From positions 72,478,001-72,542,000 of the forward strand of contig OX597815.1 in assembly GCA_951406725.2 (NCBI GenBank): DNA of 64,000 nucleotides, in the 5' to 3' direction. Every line of letters starts with the position of its first letter. Positions within the stretch are counted from its first letter, which is position 1. This document shows positions 41,580 to 54,929 of this stretch, one piece after another. The translations under genes and the position numbers were made by a program. Below the pieces are notes generated by a model that had not been told where the DNA came from, did not search any database, and saw only the letters and a program-made list of their open reading frames with translations. The stretch is from Octopus vulgaris. Its lineage: Eukaryota.

Positions 41580-41675
<96 letters not shown>

Positions 41676-41724
41676 ATGTATGTATGTATGTATGTACTTG
41701 TGTATGTATGTATGTATGTTTGTA

Positions 41725-41802
<78 letters not shown>

Positions 41803-41929
41803 CACACACACATTCATACAGCGAGCGGCGAATAAACTGTTGTCAAAATCACGCACAAATGAAAATAACACTGACATCTCATTTTAGCAGATATATTTAC
41901 CAAAATTACATAAGAATATCTTGAAATAC

Positions 41930-42643
41930 TAAAAAGTAAATTTATTCAATAAAATCACCACTGGCTTGAACCACGGCCTTCAGATGACTTCGGAATCTCC
42001 TGCAACTCTTTTGGGCGGTCTCCTTATTTAAGTTGGTGAATGCTGCTTAATCTTTGGTGTTACAAGGAGTTTTGATGGTCTCTCACTCAACTGCATACCA
42101 CACATAATAATGAAGGGGGTTGCAGTCTAGGGAGTTAGGTGGCCAGATGTTAGGGGTGATGTGGTCACAGAAATCGTTTGACAGCCATGACTTGGTTCTC
42201 CTGCTTGCGTGGCATGGTGCAGAGTTGTTGCCAGACATAGGGTCTTCCAGAAGCCAACCTCTTGACCCAAGACAGCCCTACCTCCTCCAAGAACTTGACG
42301 TAGGCCTCCGTGTTGAGTCTGAGGCTGAAAAGAGGCATAACGTCGCCATCACTAGTGATCACTCTAAAGAACCATGATATTGACTGGATGTTCGATTTTT
42401 ATCACTCTCGGTACATATACTCAGATTGACACTGAAACACTCTGAAATATTCGTATTGCCAAGCAATATAGCATGTCGTTTCCAAATTTCTAGCTGAGTG
42501 AATTGCGTCATAGTGTTGTCTTTCTCACAGATAGGGCTCAACTGACCCTATTATACCGTGTAACCGACAAAATGAAAAACAAACAACGCGCATGCCCGAA
42601 ATTAAAAATATAAAATGGCTACAATTTATCCACCGCACCGAGT
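41930..42643 (-). mobile_element. Degenerate, internally deleted Tc1/mariner-superfamily element
   Basis: GRPYVWQQ and ITPNIWPPNSLDCNPLHYYVW motifs on the minus strand. Confidence 0.75.
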
Positions 42644-42723
42644 GTCAAACTAATACACCATCTTGTTCATACTCCTGTCTTCGTCTTTTGCTTTTCTGTA
42701 AATTTCAACTACATATATATATT

Positions 42724-42761
<38 letters not shown>

Positions 42762-42800
42762 TTGTATGTATGCATGTATGTATGTATGTATGTATGTATG

Positions 42801-42831
<31 letters not shown>

Positions 42832-43039
42832 TGTATGTATATGTATGTATATGTATGTATATCTATCTATATATATATATGCACATGTGTGTGTTGTGTT
42901 ATACGCATATGTTTGTGTCCGCTTTGTTGCTATATGGTCGTACACATAATTATTAAAGTATACTTTAACACGATGTCACTGAGAGGTGAGTAGAAATTTT
43001 TTGAGTTATCAGTCGAAAGGTCGATTTTCCGTATCGTAA

Positions 43040-43410
43040 TACCGATCATAACGATAGAAGTGAGAAGCATCTCGGAACTGTATTCATGAGTGATAAGAAG
43101 CAGAAGACTAAATTGGTTGCTAGAATTGTTGGTGCGGGCTCAGCTTCAGCATTCAGTCCTCAGAAGAGGAGAGATTCATAAAAAAAACCAGTCAAACTTG
43201 CGATCTTCAATTCGGTTTACGTGTCCGAACTCAGCTTATGTTCATGAATGTTGAGTAATTATTCAAATTGTAGAATCGCGAATACAGGCGACCGGGATGC
43301 GGTTCCTCCAATATATCTCTGATGTAACGTTACTCGACAGTTGTGCGTAGCTAAGAGTCTCCCCAGGTCGAGCGGCTACTTCTCCGCATTGAGAGGTCAC
43401 AGCGCCAGTT
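43040..43410 (+). mobile_element. Degenerate RTE-clade LINE fragment (post-RT region)
   Basis: KHLGTVFMSD..ARI, KLAIFNSVYV, SRIQATGMRFL and LLLRIERSQ. Confidence 0.65.
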
Positions 43411-43687
43411 TAACGAACTTGTGATTAGAAAGTCGTAAGCTCTACGCGGCTCCGTCAGAAGGTAATGGCGAACTTCTGCTGACTCTTTTGCCATAACTTT
43501 CTCTAACTCTTTCCTTCTGCATCTAGCAGCTCACCTGCGACAGACCGTCGTCCCGTCCAGGTGGGAAACCCATACGCCAATGAAACCGGGAAACCGGCCC
43601 TTATGAGCCAGGCATGGCTCGAGAAGAAACAAACAACAACGAAGTGTTGTTGCATATCGTATATAAAGAGAAATCATATGCACAGGA

Positions 43688-44255
43688 AAGCGGCGAACTG
43701 GCAGAAACGCTAGCACGCCGGGCGAAATGCTTAGCAGTATTTCGTCTGCCGGTACGTTCTGGGTTCAAATTCCGCCGAGGTCGACTTGGCCTTTCATCCT
43801 CTCGGGTCGATTAAATAAGTACCAGATATGCACTGGGGTCGATATAATCGACTTAATCCGTTTGTCTGTCCTTGTTTGTCCTCTCTGTGTTTAGCCCCTT
43901 GTGGGTAGTAAAGAAAGAGGTATTTCGTCTGTCTTTACGTTCTGAGTTCAAATTCCGCCGAGGTCGACTTTGCCTTTCATCCTTTCAGGGTCGATTAGAT
44001 AAGTACCAGTTGCACACTGGGGTCGATATAATCGACTTAATCCGTTTGTCCTCTCTGTGTTTAGCCCCTTGTGGGTAGTAAAGAAATAGGTATTTCTTCT
44101 GTCCTTATGTTCTGAGTTCAAATTCCGCCGAGGTCGACTTTGCCTTTCATCCTTTTATGATCGATAAATTAAGTAACAGTTACGTACTGGGGTCGATCTA
44201 ATCGACTGGCCCCCTCCCCCAAAATTTCGGGCCTTGTGCCTAGAGTAGAAAAGAA
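43688..44255 (+). mobile_element. Tandem array of three family A SINE units
   Basis: Units start near 43688, 43919 and 44089; the second and third lack the head. Confidence 0.85.
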
Positions 44256-44651
44256 TACATATACACAGGTGTATATATGTGAGTGTATGTATGCATGTGT
44301 GTAAGTTTAAGTATATGTATATGTATTCATGTTTGTGCACATATGTATGACGATGGTGTAGATTTTATGCCCTTATTTTAACGTGTTGATCCATACCGAA
44401 TATTACCCACCAGTCAATCTCGTTTAGTTCAGTCAAGGCTGATACAGTTCACGTTCATCTTCAATCCATTCACGGAAGGGGAGAGAGAGAGAGTTCGAGA
44501 ATGTTCCGATTATTCTTATGAGAGAATTGGGCATGGTGGTGGTGGAGGGGAGTTAAAATCAAGCATTTTTGGTACTGTGCCAGGCTGAGCGAGTGTCCAA
44601 TGAGTAGTTATGAATTCGCAAATTGTTGTTGCAATATATAAAGTAATGATA

Positions 44652-44868
44652 AAGCGGCGAACTGGCAGAATCGTTAGCACGCCGAACAAAATGCTTAGCA
44701 GCATGTCGTCCGTCTTTACGTCCTGAATTCACATTCCTCCGAGGTCGACTTTGCCTTTCCTCCTTTTCGGGGTCGATAAAACAAGTACTAGTCGAACACT
44801 GGGATCGATGTAATCGACTTAGCCACTCCCCTAAAATTGCTGGCCTTGCGCCAAAATTCGAAACCAAT
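44652..44868 (+). mobile_element. Family A SINE
   Basis: Full head to tail. Confidence 0.8.
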
Positions 44869-45084
44869 ATATAAGCTAATGATCATTAGATATTGTCGGA
44901 AAATTACAATTTTTAAACATTTAAAATTTTTAAGCATTTAAAATTCATTTAGCGAGCTTTTCATAACATGGTATTGTAGAGGGAGGGTTGCTTTCAAAGT
45001 CCATTACACGTCGTCTGAAAAATCGAAGTATATCATTACAGAAACACGTCACAGATTCGCTATCTCGGCCCTAGATTCATTAAA

Positions 45085-45344
45085 CCAAAGCTTTTCAGCC
45101 GAAGTCCATATGGCCCTTGGGGTCCATATAAGACTTTGTTGCTAAAATTTATCAGCAATAAATTAGTTATACTTCTACAATTCACATAATATTTTAACAT
45201 TTTTTTAATACAATTCCTAATAATATTTAATTACAAAATATAAATAGGATATTTTTAAACATCGAATGGCTAGGAGGATCCATCCGAATAAAATAGGACT
45301 CAAAGATGTCCATAGCTACAAAAGAAAGTGGTCGAGAACCACTA
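45085..45344. mobile_element. hAT-type MITE related to 19166-21238, opposite orientation
   Basis: End GGTCGAGAACCACTA; shared GTCCATATGGCCCTTGGGGTCCA. Confidence 0.6.
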
Positions 45345-45600
45345 CTCTAAATGAAGATACAGGATTCAACGATGACTTCACCCTGCGATCCAATGTTTGA
45401 AAGATTCCTAGCGTTTTCAGGATTACTCACATTTGCCAACTGACTGGACTGGGGCAACATGAAATGAAGTGTTTTGCTCAAGAACATAATACATCGCCCG
45501 GTCCAGGAATTGAAACCACAACCTTGCGATCATGAGTCCAGCACCCTAACCACTGAACCACACGCCTTTCTTGTTGCTGTTGCTGCTGCTGCTACTGCTG

Positions 45601-45663
<63 letters not shown>

Positions 45664-45779
45664 GAACAAACATTTTTGTAATTCAACAGTAAAGGTTTAA
45701 CAAAAAAATATTCATAAAGAACTTAATGGTAAACATAATAACACGTTCGAATGAAAATAATCATGGGAAATAATACAGC

Positions 45780-46997
45780 TCTTAATCATGGGAAATAATA
45801 CAGCTCCTAATGTTTGATGTATGATCCTCTACATGCAATAACGTTCCTTATGCACTGATCCATTGAATTTGTCAAGGTAATGATATCCTCTTGTGTCATG
45901 CTTTCAGCAGCGTCTACGATAGCATCCCAGAGGGCAACTTTACTTGAAAACTGCCGTCCATCTTGGGAAACGCGACTCTTCAGGATACTCCACAGGTTTA
46001 AGTCAGGAAAACAAGGTGGCCACTCCATCAAACGGCCTCCAGTGAAGTATATTTGCTGCAGGTATTCCTTAGAATTCTTCTCTGCATGAGACGGGGCATT
46101 ATCTTGCAAAAAGACCAGCCTTCTCTTGAATGACGGTTGGAAATTGTCATTCCTGAAGGTAACATATGTTTTCCATGTCATCTTAATACCATCTGGGACT
46201 TTCCATGGCCCACCATCATACTACCAACGACGCCAGCCCAAAATGTGACCCCACTTCCCCCCTCTTGGCGACTCAAACGATGAGGACATTTCCCGCTGAT
46301 TGATACCCGACCTTTACTCCAGCTATTAGGTCCGTTAAAGGTAGCATTCATCAGTGAATAGAACTGTTGAAAAATCTATCTTCATATATTCTTTTGCCCA
46401 TTTCAGTCTCTTCTGTTTAGGAACAGCCTTCAGAGGGGGCCTTGTAACAGATTTAACATTCCTGGCTACCTGCTTCAAGAGGCGACGCCTGGTAGTTTTC
46501 GATACCTCTTCCCTACCACAACTTTTGAAGATTTCTCTACTTGTCAGATATGGGTGCCGCACAACTTCGCTTTTCACACGTGACAAAATACCTTCGACTC
46601 GCCCTTATCTGCCCTCGACCGGACAGGAATAGGAGACTGTAAAAATGTCTTCACTGTTCGGTGATCCCTTCCCAGTATTTTGGATATTTCTATGGCTGTT
46701 TTTTTTATTTTCCAAGCTCTGACACGATGGTAGACTTCTCATTCGAGGTAAGATCACGTTTCTGACCCATAATGACACTTAAATTGGGCACCTGCCTAAT
46801 AATTTGGGATAGCAGAAATGTTGCTGCTACACGATAATGGCTGACGTTTGTTTTTGTCTGCGCAGATCCGATTTATTTTAACAGAAAATGTGCAGATTTG
46901 TGTTACCAACAGTCAGTGAGAAAGCAACTGGTTTTGAACGAATATACATTTATTTATTGAGGGCAGGTTGATTTGTCTAATAATGTGGGACGCAGTG
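45780..46997 (-). mobile_element. Degenerate Tc1-family DNA transposon
   Basis: KRLKWAKEY..VLFTDE (46335-46586) and FLQDNAPSH..WPPCFPDLN (45807-46181); terminus CACTG next to TA at 46997. Confidence 0.85.
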
Positions 46998-47051
<54 letters not shown>

Positions 47052-47522
47052 AGCTTGGAGAGATGTATTTTATCCGGGCGGATACCGTATTAGCTCTCAG
47101 TTGAGTTCCAGTTGACGGCTAACCACAACGATCAGTATCTAACGTCTGTGTCTACAATTAGTTGTTAGTCACTCCGTGAATTATTCCGATGGGTAATTCT
47201 GTGTACACTTTGCTAGACGGTAAAAATTGTCTAGAGTATATATATATATATATATAAATCTTGATTATAATAAAGAGTATGGAGACTTGTCCATCGACAA
47301 AATTTATTTTATAGTTATTTACAGCATACCATAATGACCTACACGTGTCGACACACATTGACATCTCAATTTCTTTCTCACCTCAAAATCGAACTTCTGA
47401 CCTCATCTCAAACTGTCTACCACAATCATATACGACAAACCCCAGCCTCTTTCTGAGCCCTGTGGCACTTTGACTCAGTCGATTGGAAGGACCTCTACTA
47501 GTTTGATGTCCATTATCCTAGA

Positions 47523-47830
47523 CAGGAGGATACATAGCCTAGTGGTGAGAAGGTTGTTACACTCACGATTGAGAGGTCGTGGTTTCAATTCCTAGACCAG
47601 GTGGTGTGTTGTGTTCTTGAGCAAAACACTTCATCTCACGTTGATCTACGATCACTTCGACACCTGACGCATGCTACACAGTGAACCTGTTCAGGAAACG
47701 TTTGATTTGATGGAGAGAGTGAGCTAATGTATAGCACATACATTTGATCACTATAAACAAATCATTTGTGCAGGTCGTTCGACAAAAGCTGAGCGCTCAT
47801 ACGTCTTCTTCGACTGGAGAGTCCATCATC
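47523..47830 (+). mobile_element. tRNA-derived SINE, family C
   Basis: TAGCCTAGTGGT..GGTTTCAATTCC..GTGTTCTTGAGCAAAACACTT. Confidence 0.65.
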
Positions 47831-48542
47831 CTAAGCAGGAACATGCCCCACACCCAAAACATCAGAAACAGCTAGGCGGTGGGGGAGTGAAACCATCTTA
47901 TAAGTATGTCCCTGCCTATTTCCCACACAACAAAAATTCAATATCCCAAGTATCTCTGCTTGGTATTTTAATCATTGCTGCGTTGTAAAAAATTCTACAA
48001 TGTCCGGAGAATTTTACCAACACCCCCAAACTGGGTGACGTTCACCCAGCAGCATAATTCTAATAAGATCAATATCAAGTCTGCAAGAGATGCCTTAATA
48101 TATAGCACTTGCCCCAAGCTACAGCTGATCCCTCTGGCCCTTGCTGAGAAATCTACCTTCATTTCTCAACAACAATAATTCTGTGAGCAATAATCCCATG
48201 GAGAAAGCTTCCACCTTTACTTCCCGCATTACAATCCTACTCCACATTACACTCCTTTGGCAAATCCCTTTCTAATCTATCCGCTAACAGTCCATCAGAC
48301 TCTATGCATAGCATACACATACCTCAAGTGCAGAAATACCTCCGCTGGCGTCAAACAAATAAAGCCACCGGCCTGGATACTGCCCTCTCCACTGCATCCA
48401 TCAACCTATATGGCAGTAGTTAGCATGAGAGGACTTCTTATATTGACTTTTGGCGCAAAATGCCCCCTTGTTTATATCGCTAGCGAGGATATAAATACCC
48501 GCTGCTTCCAGGGCTGAGACAACCAGATCACATGATTTTGAT

Positions 48543-48595
<53 letters not shown>

Positions 48596-48998
48596 ATTAC
48601 AGTCCATCAAACTGCTCTGAATAAATGTGTGACCATATTACCACACTGTCTTCTAGACATTTTTTTCTTCTTCTGGAGAGTGCAATCAAACCTAGAACTA
48701 CGTGGTTACCAAATGAAGCTACGTAACCACACAGCCTGTGATGTGGGTATGTGTATCCATGTGTGTGTGTGCACGCGCGTGCGTAACTGCGTGCGTGTGC
48801 GTGATTGCATATAGGTTTTATCTTTTGCATCTCCATCAGCGAAAAGCTAACGGCTGCAGTTGGTAACAGGGATGACGCATTATTATTAGGTGAGCATTTC
48901 TTCCGGCTTTTTAGTTCACATTCCGCCGAGGTCGATGTAATCGACTAAACCTCTTTCCCACCAAAATTTCTAGGCCTTGTGCCTAGAGTAGAAGTAGA

Positions 48999-49109
<111 letters not shown>

Positions 49110-49326
49110 TATTAATTATTTTCAGTCGTGTTTGTTAGTCCGTGGACTAGATATCTCAAGAACCGCTGGTTGGATTCGGATGAAACTTTCAGTGATGTTT
49201 GGTCTCGTGACTGGCAAAACTGATTAGTTTTGGGATCGATCCGGTACCAGATAAGGATTCTGGATTATTTTTCTTGCTTTTTTACTAAGTTTTTGAGAGT
49301 GGTCGGGTTCGTTTTTAGTATTCTCA

Positions 49327-49622
49327 TTGAAATCAGAACGTAACGACAGGCGAAATACCGATAAGCATTTCGTCCAACGTACTAACGATTCTGCCAGCTC
49401 GCTGCCTTAACAACAACAACAACAACAACAACATGAGCACTCAGAGAGCGCAAACTTCCGACTAGTCAGAGACGATTTTCAAATTGAGAATGTTTGAAAT
49501 AAATTCGACTGCTCTATTGTTGTTGTTGTTGTTGTTGTTGTTAAGGCAGCGAGCTGGCAGAATCGTTAGTACGTTGGACGAAATGCTTATCGGTTTCGCC
49601 TGTCGTTACGTTCTGATTTCAA
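49327..49622. repeat. Inverted duplication of a family A SINE head
   Basis: 49327-49433 is the reverse complement of 49518-49622 apart from a 2-bp indel. Confidence 0.9.
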
Positions 49623-49756
49623 ATTACACCAAGGTCGACTTTGCCTTCCATCCTTTCGGGTTCGATAAATTAAGTACAAGTCAAGTACTGAGGTCGACGT
49701 GATCGATTGTCCCCCATCCTCATAAAAATCCATACCTTGTGCCTATAGTAGAAAGG

Positions 49757-49801
<45 letters not shown>

Positions 49802-49813
49802 ATTATTATTATA

Positions 49814-49896
<83 letters not shown>

Positions 49897-49898
49897 CA

Positions 49899-49930
<32 letters not shown>

Positions 49931-49931
<1 letters not shown>

Positions 49932-51510
49932 CTTTGTAACACAATGTAGGTAAAAATACAACGAAGTCTTTAGTCATCTGTCAAGTCACAACAAGGTCCT
50001 CAGACAGATAATACTTTCCTTAAGATGTGCGCTGTGCCCAATAAGGCTGCTTTTTGCAAGACATCAATCTTGCATGAGATTTCCAGTTGCCTTAAGAAGT
50101 CTTGAAGTTTCAATGGGATTGAGCCCAACGCTCCGAGCACCACTGGCATCACTTTTACATTACCCTCTCGCATTTCATACAGTCTTGCCATTTTCACTTT
50201 CAATTCGGAGTACTTGGTGATTTTTTTCAATCTCTTTACAACGTTCATGTCATTTGATATGGCTACATCAATGATCTGACAGTATTTGTCTCTATAAAAT
50301 GAATATGATAATATACGGCTGACAGTGTTCGATTACACGATCCGTCTTAAAAATCATAGTCCCAGAGTATCGTTGCTTTTCTATCCTCCCGCATATATTT
50401 ACTTGGTACATGCTCATACCAGTTCTCTGTTACTTCATAGTACTATTTACAGCATAAGAGCCAATGAAGATACACACACACTTTATCGCGGTGACGCTTG
50501 TATTGTTTTTGTGCAAGGCTTTCACATCCACTTACCAAGTGAGTCACATTTTCCACACTTTTTCCACAGAGTCTGCATTTCTGGGTGTCAGAGGTTTTAC
50601 AGACGTTATACTTTACTGAATAGGTAGCGGGAGCCTGGTCTTGTGCAGCAATGATCAGGCTTTCGGTGGTACGCTTCAAATCACTCTCGCTCAAGCCATG
50701 CCCACGATGCTGTATTATCCTTAACGCCCTGTCAAGGACTTCTTTTCTCTTCTCCTCAGCTCTTTGGTTAAACTCTTCCTTGCCCATCATTTCTTCTGCA
50801 TTTACACCCATATCTTTCGCGGCATATTGCAGCAGGTCTTCATCACTATTTATCAAATACTCGGCAAGCGTTCTCCTTTCACTCCTTATACAATGGTCTA
50901 TACTAATTAGTCCTCTGCCACCATACTTTCTTTTCATATACAGTCTGTGTACGTTTACTTTAGGGTGTAGCGCTCCATGCAGCGTCATCAACTTTCTCGT
51001 CCTTCTATCCAGTGTTGATATTTCCTCCTTAACCCATTTGAGGATGGACGCACTATATCTGACCACCGCAATTGCCCAGATATTCATTGCGGTAATCAAA
51101 TTTTGGGCATTCAGGTTGGATTTCAACACCATCTTTACCCATTTTTGATACGCCTCGCTGACCTTAACTTTCATTTCTCTGTGTAGAATGTCATCCAGTT
51201 CCAAAATCCCTAAATATCTATACCCACTATCATCGGGTTGACCCTTGGTCTCTCCTAATGGCAACCGCAATCCTCTGCAGGCTGCTTCGTTTCCTCTTTT
51301 TATATTAAGTACTGAGCATTTGGTGATCCCAAATTCCATACCGATGTCCCTACCACACTTCTCGATTGTTTTGATTAAGGAATCTATGTTTTTCAGATTT
51401 CCCATACAATTTCAAGTCATCCATATATATAAGATGGCTCAATGATGGAACTTTCTTCTCACATCAGTAACCCATCTTAACCCATTGTTATGGGTATTAG
51501 TGCAATTACA
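49931..51510 (-). mobile_element. R4/Dong-clade LINE, 5'-truncated (RT C-terminus, CCHC, RLE)
   Basis: YRYLGILE; ESLIIAAQDQA; CRLCGKSVENVTHLVSGC; KITKYSEL..PVVLGALG..LQKAALLGTAHILRKVL; (TAA)n on both sides. Confidence 0.9.
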
Positions 51511-51572
51511 AAATTAGTGCAATTAGTGCAATTACAAAATGTAACGGAGAAAACGAGTGGAAAAAAATTTGA

Positions 51573-51682
<110 letters not shown>

Positions 51683-51684
51683 TA

Positions 51685-51761
<77 letters not shown>

Positions 51762-52005
51762 GTGTGTTATTCTCTGGAACAGTGTGTAGCTGTTTCAGCA
51801 TCGATTGGTTTAGTGTTAACTTCTTTAAAGGAAAGGATATACACCGCGAAACTCCAGATTGACAGGTCAATAGACCGGCCAGCAATATTATTCCACTCTG
51901 CGTTTATATTGAGTACTTCTCCCGATTTTTAACATGTGTGTATATGCATATGTGTGTGTGTGTGTGTAGATACAAACACGCACACACGCAAACATACATG
52001 CATGC

Positions 52006-52417
52006 CAGGCCCGTGCCGTCAGTAATCACTCAGGATAGGCAGTTGGTGACTTTTATGCAGTAAAACACGCAAAAAATGAGCGAAACGCAGGCGCGCGACT
52101 GAGTTGGAGGCAGATTTACTTCTGTCTTTATAGCGCGTAAGGAAAACGGTGTTGTAGGAATGTACGCAGCATGTGTATTACAGCAGTACTATGCGTCGTT
52201 TTAATACTGAGATTGAAAGGCAGGAGCGAATTATGACTACCTAATCTACGAATATATATATATATATATATATTGCATTTTATGCATAGTAATCAGAGTA
52301 ACCTTTATATTTGTATTGAATTAGGTGCAGATTTTGTAATAAGAGGAGTGTTACTATCGATCTGTTTTATTCAGGGTAGGCACTGCCTACCTCGTCTTCC
52401 CAGGCGGCACGTTTCTG
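52006..52417. mobile_element. hAT-type MITE
   Basis: Imperfect TIRs CAGGCCCGTGCCG / CGGCACGTTTCTG; degenerate 8-bp TSD ATGCATGC / ATGTATAC. Confidence 0.6.
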
Positions 52418-52583
52418 ATGTATACACACGCGCGCGCGCACACACACAAGCGCATACACTCGACAATATGACGCTCACGTATTCCTCAGGGTACCTCATA
52501 ATTAGTCTTAATGAGGTAGCATATATATATTGAGGGTGGAAATATATATATGTATACATATATGTATATATATATATGTATAT

Positions 52584-52746
<163 letters not shown>

Positions 52747-53139
52747 CCTGCATTAACATGTTTCATTATATAGAACAGTTGAATGCTTTGTGTATGCCTG
52801 TACCGAATGATACAATTCATGTAAGTTTTTAATATTCATAAACATACTTCCTTAAGAACGTGTGTGTGTGAGTGTGCGTGCGTGTGTGTGGGAAGTGTGT
52901 GTGTGCGTGCATGCGTGTGCGTTTGTGTATGTGTGTGTGTGTGTGTGTGTGAAATGTATACCCTTTTATTCGCCTCTTATCACCATATCGTCGTCGTCAC
53001 TTCAACCGTCATCATATTCCCTCCTTTGCAGCTACTATTATCATGCTCCACCCCCTCTGCTGTTTTTATCTTTACTGATAATCTTCCCCGGTTCCAGTTC
53101 ATTCTGTGAAATGCCAACCCAGGGTTTACAATTTCATCA

Positions 53140-53448
53140 TCAGGTCACGTGGTGATTTGAAACTCAGTCATGTTGAATCTGAACTGAGAAACAAACTCCA
53201 CCTGCCGTTTTTCATTGAATCTCCGCTCCGCTTTCGCTTCGGTTTTCCCTTTCTTCTACTTCTTTCCATAAGATACGGCACGTGACTGACAAGCCACAGT
53301 CAAAATGGCAGCTATCATTTGATCGACCGACCAACCAATTCGCTCGCTGCTTCATTAAGCGGTCGAGAATATCTCCGGTCCACAAATGACGTCATATAAG
53401 TCGCGTGCTTACCTTACACACAAACACACACACACACACACACGCACG

Positions 53449-53505
<57 letters not shown>

Positions 53506-53665
53506 GCGCACACACGCACGCACGCACGCACGCACACACACGGTCGCACAAAATACACGCTAACTATATTCCTTGGTCACGTGCGCAATATGGAGACAAA
53601 GTGCAAAGTGGGGCGGAGGAGTGCCTCTAATTACTCGTACGGTTCTCATTCAATTGCACGTGGAA
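53140..53665. promoter_or_regulatory. Candidate promoter/enhancer motif cluster
   Basis: Four CACGTG E-boxes (three of the GTCACGTG type), YY1-like CAAAATGGC, CCAAT, full CRE TGACGTCA next to TATAAG, and GC-box GGGGCGG in CpG-rich unique sequence. Confidence 0.45.
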
Positions 53666-54073
53666 TCGAAACTTACTCGGGGGCATCGATGGGCCCCGAG
53701 TTTGTTTCAGCTCGTTCAATGACACACGTACGCGCAGGCATATTGCTACGTAAACAAGAGCAAAAACAAAACAAAACAAAATAAAAATAAAAAACGTAGG
53801 ATTTGTCGCATGAACAGAAATCACTTTTGAACTTTAAACAACGGCAATAATGACATCAACAGCAGAAGTAGCGGTGATGTTGGCGGCGTCATCAAGTTCG
53901 TTATCGTTATCATCAGTCTCATTAAAATCATCAGAAAGATCATAATCAACAACAGTGGCAACAATAACAACAGTCTTATCTTTTTCATCTCCATCAACGA
54001 AACGCTAACAGCTGCAGTTGTAACAGGGCTGGCGCATTTATTATCATTTATTATTATTATTGTTATTACTATT

Positions 54074-54285
54074 AAGGCGGTGAGCTGGTAGAATCGTTAG
54101 CACGCCGGGCGAAATGCTTAGCGTTATTTCGCCCGGCGCTACGTTCTGAGTTCAAATTCCGCCGAGGTCAACTTTGCTTTTCATCCTTTCGAGATCGATG
54201 ACTTAAGTACCAGTTGAGTGTTGAGGTCGGTGTGATTGACTGCCCCCACTCCCCACAAAATCTAGGTCGTGTGCCCATAGTAGAA
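54074..54285 (+). mobile_element. Family A SINE
   Basis: Full head and central domain. Confidence 0.8.
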
Positions 54286-54351
54286 AAAATTATTATTATT
54301 ATTATTATTATTATAGAAAGGATTGAAGTAACTCCTCCTGAAGATATAGAG

Positions 54352-54532
54352 TCAAAATTAAAAGAAGAGTGTCATTGTTATCTAGTGAACGATATTTCGA
54401 CATCTTGTGTGTCTTCAACTGGTTCAAAAAATGAAGTAGATCGACAAATATATTTTTTGAACCAGTTGAAGACACACAAGATGTCGAAATATCGTTCACT
54501 AGATAACAATGGCACTCTTCTTTACATTTTGA
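54352..54532. repeat. Near-perfect palindrome (arms of 72-80 bp, 19-nt spacer) containing a hammerhead-like fold
   Basis: 54361-54432 versus 54452-54523, one mismatch. Confidence 0.92.
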
Positions 54533-54575
<43 letters not shown>

Positions 54576-54929
54576 GTTGTTGTTATTATGGCCGTCAGCA
54601 TGACAAGCCTCGTTTGACCTCACTCCGTAGATTTTATAAAGAAAAATACATTATACCTGTATTTGCGACCTTCACATCTGTACCATCGTGGACAACAGGT
54701 TAATTGCTGTCGAGCGGTAAGTTTATTTTCTTGTTTTGTCCCCTAGTTTGGGGGGACAGGTCAATTGATATTTTTCTATCATAGTTGTTTGCGTTTTTCC
54801 CACCAACATGGGAAAAACAACAAAACACGGTGACACTTATATGTGAGAGGGGGGGAGAGAGTGAGGAGCATCGCCAAACGTCAGTAAGAGAGAGTGCGAG
54901 TGTGGCAACCGAATTAGCGATCAAAGAAA

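Larger units (their letters stand above)
40640..41580 (+). mobile_element. Penelope-like element 3' end (Cys-rich linker, GIY-YIG endonuclease, 3' pLTR), 5'-truncated
   Basis: ORF 40722-41150 plus a downstream hammerhead-like fold; flanked by (TA)n. Confidence 0.85.

Noticed and set aside
47150-48500. Possible degenerate Penelope or LINE coding relic (NKINIKSARD-like piece)
   Set aside because: Motifs too weak to assign without a translated search.
54311-54603. Near-identical ORFs on both strands
   Set aside because: Artefact of the palindrome plus flanking (TTA)n.
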